A program made the translations under genes and the position numbers. From Iphione sp. A-MEVVRFRX5 (Eukaryota): a stretch of DNA of 64,000 nt. Below the pieces are notes generated by a model. It saw only the letters and a program-made list of their open reading frames with translations, had not been told where the DNA came from and ran no database searches. The DNA is taken from NCBI GenBank assembly GCA_976226885.1, contig OZ320314.1, forward strand, positions 35,836,001-35,900,000, given 5' to 3'. Within the stretch, counting starts at the first letter, position 1. Every line of letters begins with the position of its first letter. Below are positions 22,491 to 31,746 of this stretch, piece by piece.

Positions 22491-24404
22491 TCACTGTGTG
22501 ACTGTAGACTGTCTGAGCTTGGATCTAACCTTTTCAAGAATTTGACCTAACCAGTTGCTACCTGGGTATTCCGAGCGTGTCGAGCTGAAGTTACGTAGTG
22601 ACACGCCCAGCCCCCACCTGTTGTCCAATGAGGCCTCGAGCAGTCTTAGTTCGCCAGTTGCGAGCAGAGATTTCTGCACTGATTGACATTGGCCAAATTT
22701 AGCATCAAGAATATCACTCATTGTTTGTTGGGTCATCTGGTCAGTCCATGGATTCGCCTCATTGAGGGCCTTTGTCCTGCGGGGAATAGCAGTTGGGTCG
22801 TCAATGTGCATAATGTCATTAGCTAGGCTTGTCAGTCCAGCAGCTAGAGCCTTCGTCGCCTTATACGCCTGTTCCACCGAGTTGTATTTCACACCCTTAT
22901 ACTCAAAGGCACTTAGATGCATGTTCGAGAGCGGGTGATTCTTGCCATAGAATGCGAGACAATTATCATCTCTTTTCTCAGACGCCTTTTCTAGGGTCAG
23001 TCCAGGGGGTAGTCGGTGCAGGGTCCTTGTCGTGTATGAATTGCCGTCGATTGTTAGTTTGTCACCCTCCAATCTTGCATTACAACGTAATGATTTGGCT
23101 AAGTGGAATACACTTCGCAGTTCACCTCTCTGAACCCTGTCTGTTTCTGATAAGTCCTCATTCACCCAAACACCCCTTATCGTTTTCAGATTACCCCTGC
23201 CAAACAATATACGGGCCCTTGTGCTCTGTTTAGCAAATTTAATTTTGATATCTCGAGTCTTCCTGTCAGTCTTTTGTCCTAGTCGATAGCAGTAATCCAT
23301 GTTGTATGGAGAGAATAATGGATCCGCCATTGACAGTATTTCGCAAACCCTGTCCCATAGGCGTTGAGGTGTTTCACCGCCTTCCTCACATAACCCTGAT
23401 ATAATTAGGTTTGATTGCTTGTTTTCTCTTTCTAAACGATCAATTTGATTTCTCATGGCACGTAGCTCAGCATTTGTTTGTGTGCTGTGTAGTGTACCCG
23501 TACCACCCGAGATTCTTATTTCTGCTATTTTCGCCTTTAGTTCTGCATTTTGAGCCTCAAGTTCACTGATCCTGTTATTTTGTGCCTCAATAGAGTTGAT
23601 TGCATGTTTGATTTGATCACTGTTAGCTTTCATGCCAGCATTAAAGGTTGTGTTCATACTCTTTGTTTCCTCAATATGTGAGTTGATCATTTCTGATAAT
23701 CCCTTTATTGTTGTGTTAAGATCTGATTTAAGCTCAGCAAACATACCGTGCATCAGGATAGTCCCTGTTCCATCAGTGGGACTGGAACATTTTACTTCCT
23801 TTAGGAAACTGAGTATATCGTCATGGTGGTAGTCAGGTGGGCCGTCACTAGTCACTGGTGAGAAGTCTCTTGCTTTTTTGAGATCAGGATTCTCCACAAT
23901 CGGACTGATATCCTTTCTCTTAAAATTTGTTGCTGGGGTTGCAGTAATTGAGATATCAGTTTGTGTCTGGATTTCCCTAAGATTGATCGAGTCATTGTGA
24001 GTAGTGCACGGAGCGGACACTGTAATCAGACTACCTGCCTGTGTGTCGTTTCTGTATGCAGTCAGAGTGTCGGAACCTATGTTTGTCTTTTTAGCAACAA
24101 CGGTATTTGGGGTTGATAGAGTAGGTATGTCTGCTTTCTGTGGAGTGTTGTAACCGTCGGGTCGAGTATCAGTGTCAGATATTATTCTGGTTGGTTTGTT
24201 AGTTAGTACCTCGTCTATGTTGCCATTTGTATTTCCCAAAAATGTCTTATTGTCTGTTTTCTGAGAGGTGAGATTATTTTCAGGTCGAGTGTCTTTGTCA
24301 AGTAATATTTTTGTTGGTTTTGTAGCCAGAACTTCGTCAGCATAGTCAAGCGCCGCTGTTAGCGAGGCCTCAATCAGTATGCTCTCGTCCTGAAACAAGC
24401 TCAT
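22491..24404 (-). CDS. LINE ORF1 (637 aa): N-terminal repeats, coiled coil, L1-type RRM/CTD and C-terminal NADAR domain
   Basis: The track ORF opens at a TTG (24464); the first in-frame ATG is 24404 (aaaATGa). Coiled coil at about 23421-23741 (IEAQNNRISELEAQNAELKAKIAEI). RRM/CTD-like motifs at about 23034-23435 (SNLIISGL, YRLGQK, IKIKF, VWVNEDLS, GDKLTIDG). NADAR motifs at 22512-22958. Confidence 0.9.
   Translation of the reverse strand: MSLFQDESILIEASLTAALDYADEVLATKPTKILLDKDTRPENNLTSQKTDNKTFLGNTNGNIDEVLTNKPTRIISDTDTRPDGYNTPQKADIPTLSTPNTVVAKKTNIGSDTLTAYRNDTQAGSLITVSAPCTTHNDSINLREIQTQTDISITATPATNFKRKDISPIVENPDLKKARDFSPVTSDGPPDYHHDDILSFLKEVKCSSPTDGTGTILMHGMFAELKSDLNTTIKGLSEMINSHIEETKSMNTTFNAGMKANSDQIKHAINSIEAQNNRISELEAQNAELKAKIAEIRISGGTGTLHSTQTNAELRAMRNQIDRLERENKQSNLIISGLCEEGGETPQRLWDRVCEILSMADPLFSPYNMDYCYRLGQKTDRKTRDIKIKFAKQSTRARILFGRGNLKTIRGVWVNEDLSETDRVQRGELRSVFHLAKSLRCNARLEGDKLTIDGNSYTTRTLHRLPPGLTLEKASEKRDDNCLAFYGKNHPLSNMHLSAFEYKGVKYNSVEQAYKATKALAAGLTSLANDIMHIDDPTAIPRRTKALNEANPWTDQMTQQTMSDILDAKFGQCQSVQKSLLATGELRLLEASLDNRWGLGVSLRNFSSTRSEYPGSNWLGQILEKVRSKLRQSTVTQ
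22512..22958 (-). other. NADAR (YbiA/DUF1768-like) domain at the ORF1 C-terminus
   Basis: Motifs FYG..PLSN, GVKYNSVEQAYKATK, AKF, LLATG..LLEAS.DNRWG.G and GSNWLGQILEKVR match, in order and spacing, the NADAR family pattern as I recall it from E. coli YbiA (FY..FSNF..SEHYFQAQK..AKF..LLAT..LVE..D.YWG..GKNRLG.LLM.LR). Confidence 0.88.
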
Positions 24405-24572
24405 TTTCGCCCATCTGTAGTGCCGTGCTAAGAAAAGTCGATAAATACACTCAAAATACAGCAAAACAGTATTTAGTATACAACACAGTGACAGGGATAG
24501 ATATTACCTTCAATGTTTCCACAATTGTAGGTTGAGTGTCCGTGTTGTAGAGCTTATTTAGTGTCTGTCGTT

Positions 24573-24585
24573 CCCCCGGCAGCCA
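24573..24585. repeat. 5'UTR arm of the 13-bp perfect inverted repeat; partner at 21283-21295
   Basis: CCCCCGGCAGCCA, the exact reverse complement of 21283-21295. Confidence 0.85.
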
Positions 24586-24594
24586 GAACGCGTC

Positions 24595-24616
24595 CTACCA
24601 CCACGACGCCATGTCT
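24595..24616 (-). promoter_or_regulatory. Putative LINE 5' end: YY1-like ACATGGCG motif overlapping a 5-codon uORF (MASWW*, 24595-24612)
   Basis: The minus strand reads AGACATGGCGTCGTGGTGGTAG. YY1-type ATGGCG motifs at the 5' end are established for internal Pol II promoters such as human L1; the assignment here is inference. Confidence 0.45.
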
Positions 24617-25917
24617 AAAATGATACTGCACAGATGTGATTCTCCACGACAACTTAATGAACACAAACTGATCCTTCACCCTATTGACACCCTACGTTGA
24701 CCCATGGGTGGCTGAAATGCAACCATTAATGCAATGCAGTGGCGCCTCACATAAAGAGGAACTTGACGAGAAATCAATTTAGCCTATGGCAGAGCTTGAC
24801 AAAGACGAACGAATCCAGAGCAAGGTCTTATTCTGAGCTCCCCCAAGGGCCATTGACCCTTGTCACGGGCCACTAGCCTATCCTCTTGAATGCGATGTGG
24901 AACTTGCGTGGTTGACACTGACCTGGATTTTTTTAACACCCTTGGCGAGACCTATTTACTAGCCATCAGTTCATGATTCTCTGAAAGTGTTTCTTTCAAC
25001 ACAGCAGGATGATGATGTGGATATTACTACCTTTTTATATTTTCTTAACCCTATCAAGATGGATGAACCGCCGGATATACAGAATGCACATCTCACAACT
25101 GAAAAGACTCTCATGGCGGGTAGCTTCAGGAAGATAGCGTACGTTGAGCAGGTTTTCATAATTTATTCCTTCATTGTGCATTATTTCAGTTACATGTATA
25201 TGAGTAGCCAGGGGTGGCTGCATTTTGTTAGGGGTATTCCATCCCACTGGCATACTACAGCAGCAGCCTGTATGATAAGCAACCTGCCATTTTTACAAGT
25301 AGCAATGAATTCACCTATCTCTATACTATTCCACTCAAACACAGCCTGCTGGGAAACATGGCATGTTGATACACTCTCTCCATGTTTCGCGTTAAAACAT
25401 GATGGCACGCCGGTGAAGACATGCCCATAAAACATGGTAACATGGAAATGAGGTCCTAGGAAAGATGGAAAACACTAAAATCGTCAAATGGGTGTTTTTA
25501 TCTAAAGATGTCCGATGAGAAAATCGTGTAGGTAAACAACATAATGATACCTGATCGCGTGTCCCGACCTTGAGGGACATAATGTCAGAGTGAAACCTAT
25601 CCACAGTAAGAAAACCTTGCGCCAGGAGCCATCTTGATCTGCTTAAGTGAAACATTACAAATTCTAATAAGAAAGTAGTTCATACATTTCCATTTCCTTC
25701 CGGATCCATAATGTAACTAACCATTCTATGTTTGACTTACATATTCTTTTTCCATCAGACCTAGAGCAGTATTCGTACAAATGATAGTAGCACATTACCC
25801 ATCAACTACTACTGTCGTCGTCATCATTTTATGGCCTTGTGTTGTCTTAAGAAGTTGTTTGTCGTGCGTTACATTTCATCTGCGCTATAGCCATACCATG
25901 TGAGTCTGTAGCCTGGG

Positions 25918-25940
25918 ATATATATATATATATATATATA
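25918..25940. repeat. (AT)n microsatellite
   Basis: About 11 perfect AT units. Confidence 0.95.
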
Positions 25941-28900
25941 CATGTGCGTGTGTGTCAATATATGTTATAACCCGGGGAGGAACAAAACGCCTCTTTGCAA
26001 ATAAGGATGACAGTTTTCTTTTGCTACTCAGAATGATTAGAAAAGGGTAAAATATTATGATAATGGCTGATGCTCCAAGGGAAGCAGGTAATATGCCGCC
26101 ATGGGCCTGTCCCGACAATTTCATTACTTAGTTCAGTTTTTCCCTTTTGTGGTAAGCTCCAGGGAATTCAGAGAGATCTTCAATATGGAAAAGTAAGCCT
26201 GCAGCGCATCTCCTACCGACACGTCCATTTGACTATATTGTAGAGATTTCTCGTTCGCTAAAGAGATTAAAAGATTGCATTAGACAGTTACACAAGTTGT
26301 AATTAGTGAGTACCCATCAATAATAGGGCATGTTATTGCCTGGGGTTGTAGAGAGTGTTGCCAATGCTAAAATTCAATTAAGCAACAGGACAGGCATCCC
26401 GGAAATGACTTGAATGACAGCGTGACATTTACAGATGTACATGTAAAGGCATTTCTTTTTTATAATTATATCCTTGGACCAATTTTGTTTTCAACTATAA
26501 TTTCATTTCCCTCAGAAACTAAGAGAAATGCCCCGTATACACGGCTCCTTCCTGCTTGTAGTATGGGAGGTTTTTTTGACATGAAGACATCAAGCGGACG
26601 TATACAAATGAGGTTTCAATCTGAGAAGAGAATCGTGAGTGCTGCTTGGAGTTTTCAAAATGCCCTGGCGGACTCCAGACCGATAAACAGCAAGGCGGGG
26701 TGCCGGGAGGAGCCCGGGAAATCCTCAGTGGTTAATTCCCATAACGCGTGCTTCATGTTGCATGAGGCTAGGCGACGATGCCACCGACCGCGCCTCCCGC
26801 CCTGTGAATAATTCAGGCACTTTTGTTCGCAGTAACCGCCACTCAGTCATTCCGTCAAAAAAAAAGACCCCTACCTGTTCGACTCACTCCGTTTCGGTAT
26901 CCTGCATGCATGAGCAGAGAATAAGTCCACATGTACTTCGTAGAAAGCCCTCATCAGGTCGAATAACAGCATAAAAAAACCTTAGCTGCTGTTAGTTACC
27001 GTGCACGAACGAATTAACATACATACATGATTCCATTTAGGGTTTAAAACAACAAGGCCAGCAAACAATTGCTTTGGGGGAGGCATCCCTCCTTCCATTA
27101 GCAGCATTGCCGACGATGGTAGTTATCAACAGGTCCCATATACGGCTGGGATCGTGTAGAGCCCATTCTGCTCCCGTCGCATACCGGTACATTGAAATGA
27201 TTTGCTGTCGACCGGAGGTTTGGTTTGATGTATTTCGCTATATTCCAGGGTTGATGAGCTGAGCACTATCGGACGCCTGCTGTGCACGGCGGGGATAAAG
27301 GCCCGCTGATGTGGTGGCTACCTCCTGCAAGGAAGGGATGGGTGCTGCCGGTCATGGGAATGGCACGCACTGTCGGAGTAATCAGAGCAACAAGGGCCAA
27401 TGCTAGGCAGCTTGCACGGGTGCTAAATGACCACTCTAGATGTATATTGAGGTTTGTTCCTGGACGACTGACTGCGTAATGGTCCCTCATGGATATTAAC
27501 CGTTTCTCTTTCTTGGTGTCGACTAGCGACTGACGAGTCTTGGTTTGAGAACGCCGAAAGGAACATAAATAAAAGTCAAGCAAACAGGACATTTTCTTGC
27601 AGGAAATTCCTCATGGTAAAAAAGGGGGGGGGAAACGTTATTGACCATTTCAGGGTAATTGTAGCTTCCTCGTCCCTGGGCATCGGTACAATGCGTGGAT
27701 TATCTAAATATGCATTGGGCAACGATATCTAATTCAAGAGGAAACGAACGTATTTACCCACTGGCCTAATTTGCATTGTTCATTCTAAGAAGCGCAACCC
27801 AACTCTTGTGCCTGGCAGGTTTTTTTTCAAACTTTGGGTCGGTGACAGAATCTGTCTTGAAATGAAATGTTGATTGGAAATGACGGTTGGCTCTGTCTCT
27901 TTTCGCTGCATGTTCTGGCTTTTAACGTTGTTCTTGCAGAATGATGGTCATCTGTGCTCGGCCATCTTGGATAATTAAATGCCATTTGCCATTCACCGCG
28001 GCTAGTCTGCCCAGCAAACTAGCCGAGCATGCAGGAGGAGGATGTCAGTGATTCATAACAGGCAATTTGTTCATTATCATGCCTGAGGTTTTGCTAATTG
28101 TCATTATAAATGGCCCATTAGTACCTGCATGAACGACCGATGCCTGACAGAGTGCCATCCAGGCCCAGGCCCTGCGAAAGTAGTTAAAAGCGAGCATCGT
28201 TTCGGCCACAGCTTGGAACGGCGGTGCGTCCCCAAAGAGCAATTCGGAATGGGTCGGGCGTGTTTTCTTTGCTACTATTGCCAACTAGCATAGTGACAGT
28301 GAAAAAGCACCCGGCACATCCAATTAAATATGCCATATTTTAGCGTTGATTCAAAGAAGGAAAGGTTAGATCCATAAAAGTCGACGTCGGGATTTAGGGA
28401 GATGAACAATCAACCAGTGGATGGTGTGCGCACGGCAAGTCTAAACCCCGTGAATCGATCGGCAACCCGTTACTCCTCTTTCAGTGCTTTCGGCTATCAG
28501 TGATGTCTTCCCATACACTTCAAAGTAGTCTGTGATGTGTATATTCTAGGACAGCTTTTGGTAAATACGGCGCTGCCAAATTGCCGTAAGGAATATAAAT
28601 GACAACCTAGTCGCCGTAAAAAGGTTCCCCGGGTAAAAACCAACAGTTTAAGGGTTAAGAATAAAGCGGCTGGCAGCGCTGACGGTTGGCTTCCTTTCAT
28701 GACGTAGCCGGGTGAGCATGACTTCCAGCCAATTAGGACGGTCCGTGATTCTAACGCTGTTTGGCTAGAAAGTTGACGCTTTTCCCTTCTTACAGACTCC
28801 GACGCGGTTGGGTTGTGCATGGGCAAACGGGTACCGACTTAAGCATGATCACAACCTCCACGTACAGTGGCCCGCACCTTCCAGTAGGTCCCGTGTGGTT

Positions 28901-31696
28901 TCCTGTTCGGGCAGCCTTCCTTAGACAAGGGCATTCCAGTGGGACTTGCTCCGATTGGGTGGCCATCTAGTTTAGACAAAACTTGCGCAGCTGAGGAGCG
29001 TATTGCCTTACGCTGACCGCAGCTGAAGAGGGGAGGGAGGCCGGGGGAATGGTCACTTTGACAGAGTGTTTGCGTTTGTTTTCGGCCTAGGAGATAATGG
29101 AATGAAACTGTTGCGGGTGATGCTTCAGCCTGGTGGGAAGTTTGTACAGCTTTCCAGCCCCGCATCTAAATGAGGTTTGGGAATGGGGTCTGAATATCAG
29201 TAGAACCTGCCCGCATTGGTATTCCACAAGTTGATCATGGCAGGGGATTTTCTTTCCTCATCGAAATTTTATATCGGTCAGTTTCTTTTTGTGGTCTACT
29301 GCTCGCTTCTTGCCGCTTATCATATCGTAATACATTATAGTAACGTTGTTTTAATATTGAGCCCATCTCCCCAAGCGCCCTAGAGATAAGAATATTAATA
29401 AGCTCTCATACCTCTATTGCACGAATAGACAGTCTAGAGCAGTCTGCTTGTCACAGGTGGACAGGCATACTATGTACATGAATATACCCAGCAGTTACAG
29501 GACGCTTCAGAGCTACGCCAACATACTTTTGTACTGAATAATAATTATTTTAGTCCGTGAAGGTGAGGCGGTATATTGGTACCATTGGTGACTTTAAACT
29601 AAGCCTCATGGATAGGATTTCGTGATTGATTCTGTAGTTATAGTAGCGTATAATATGGAAGACATTCCCTGCATGTTAATCTTAAAGTCATTTGAGCAAA
29701 GCGTTAACTAACAGACTAAATGTAGAAAGGTGTTTTTTTCCATTTACAGGTCTAAATGTAAATTAGACTGACATTCATCCGAAAGACATATCATACAGGG
29801 TACACTAAAGTAAATTCATTCAAAATCCTCCTTGCTGTTCTTTGAAAAACGTATGCAGTCATATGTTAAAGTGCCCATTACCAGCCGTACTTGAATGTCA
29901 TCCATGCTCTTTGTGCAACAGGTGTCCAGTATTGGAAGCATAACCCCCTTTTTAGAAGAATTTTGATGAGCTCGATATTACATTAAATATCTAATCAATT
30001 CTGTCTACAAATAAGATAATACCTTACCAAGGTTTAATTCAAACTGATATTGACATTTAGGTCGTCGAAGAACACACATGTAAACGTCAACACGCACTGA
30101 GCGAACCCCACCACCTGGAAACAGTGTCATATTCGTGTTCACATAATTATCTTGATTTAGAAAATTCTAATAATTTATCATGCTGTTCGGACACACGAGA
30201 CATATTGAAACATGGAAACCAATTATCTTGTTCAATCCACTTAATAATATTAACAGGGAAGAGGTCTACCTTTTTTAACTAGAATTTTAACATCCGGTTC
30301 TCCCTGTTTTTCCACTTACGAGCATAAAATGATGTCATGCAGCAGATTGGAATATAAGCATTGCCGTGCCAAGTCCTCGCATTCTTGGTATTTTGGGGAA
30401 GACATAGTTTGGCAGGGGTATTATCAGTATTCTCTACAATCGTTCTAATTAAAACAAAGCATCTTCAAGGTAGATACTACAAAAATAAACTTGGAATTGG
30501 GACAATTGTAGCTGCAAATACATGGCTACAATGCACACACAAAACGTCTTTAAAATATTGTGCAACTGTAACTTTTCATACGCACCTTTTATATTCAAGC
30601 CAGTACAAACTCATTTCTAAAAGCTCGCATGTGAAACAATCCAGTTCTCGCGCGGCATTACTACAGCTACGTCGGAAAGCTTAAAACAATGAGAGTTGGA
30701 GAACACATATCTGCCTGTGTTTTTCTGGACCCATTTTTCTGATGCGCAATTTGTTTTGCACGAGGCTGTTTGTGGTGAACGTCTGTCTGTCTTCCCGGCC
30801 GGTTGTTGTATATACAGGTACCATGTGCACGGTCTACTTGATATGTAAATGATTGACCTGCTGTATTAGGCCTCAGTCCTTCTTAGATTAGTTCTGGGCA
30901 CAAACCCATGTGGTTGCCTCGGATGGGCTCAATGAACAGGTGTTATGTGGCGTCCTGAGAGAAGTGATTTTTGTATGCAGGTGTTGGTCGATGGCAGGAA
31001 GTGCCCATGCTATGGCCTAATGCTACCTGGTGGTGAGCTAATTATAAGCGCGAGGCACTGGCGCGAGTTGCTCGTCCGCTTGCAATCCGTACTGACCCAA
31101 CAACCCATATGCTCATCTCTCATAGGAAATCATTTGCCAGCTGCTCGTGCTCTCAGGGCCTTACTGCTCGCGGTTAAAATAAGTACGTTGTATAGTCGGG
31201 GACTTAAAAGTTCAACGCCTTTAAGAGTATAAAAAGGATTATTCGAGGTACGGATCTAAAGTGATGTTGGCCTTTCAATGTGATCTCATCTTCTCTATTA
31301 TTCATTTTATGCAAAGTAATTTTCAAAGTAACTTTCAAAGCAGAAATACATTCCTTAAAGCACAAAACAACTTAAAGACAGGGCCTAAGATAATGCTGTA
31401 ATAAACTGATAAAAATTCTTCTGAAAGTCCCGGGAAAAAGTATAGTCTAAAGTGTTAATTTGCTACTTGACAAAAATGTGCGGCGTAATTGAACTAATTG
31501 CACTGTTAAATCTTGTGATAAGATTTTTCAGTAAATGCGTTGTGTTGGGAAATAATTATCCAGCATGACGTGGTAAAGTTGGCGTTTGAATTTTTCCCTA
31601 ATATCTTTTAAGAAGCCTCTAGGGCATTCGATGAGTTTACCTTCCTTCGGAATCACGAGGAAAATAATGTACATCTGCCTGTGCTTGTTGTTGTTT

Positions 31697-31746
31697 AGAT
31701 GACCATGCATGATAATCCAAGATGACCATGCATGGTTAGTCCAAGA
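31697..31746. repeat. Tandem duplication of a 23-24 nt unit (agatgaccatgcatg...cca) x2
   Basis: Direct sequence comparison. Confidence 0.8.

Larger units (their letters stand above)
18072..24616 (-). mobile_element. Full-length, apparently intact three-ORF LINE (CR1/L2-group-like APE-RT) with NADAR-containing ORF1 and SGNH esterase ORF
   Basis: Three co-oriented uninterrupted ORFs (22491-24404, 21780-22487, 18334-21162). 243-nt 3'UTR, AATAAA at 18096-18101, and T19 on the plus strand at 18072-18090 (poly(A) tail). The 5' boundary is inferred from an AGACATGGCG motif near 24607-24616 and is approximate; no clear TSD. Confidence 0.93.

Noticed and set aside
20459-23832. Plus-strand ORFs inside the LINE (20459-20644, 20660-20923, 22829-23233, 23632-23832)
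   Set aside because: Antisense shadows of the real coding frames with no recognisable motifs.
24405-24464. 20-aa N-terminal extension of ORF1 in the ORF track
   Set aside because: It begins at TTG. The first in-frame ATG with good context is at 24404, so this stretch is treated as 5'UTR.
21207-24508. Splicing from a 5'UTR donor (AG/GTAATA near 24507) to an acceptor before ORF2 (21207)
   Set aside because: The acceptor is GAG rather than YAG and there is no transcript evidence; too weak to claim.
18057-24625. Target-site duplication AAATG(G/A) at both ends of the LINE
   Set aside because: Only 5 bp match, not flush with the poly(T), and the 5' boundary is uncertain, so it cannot be told from chance.
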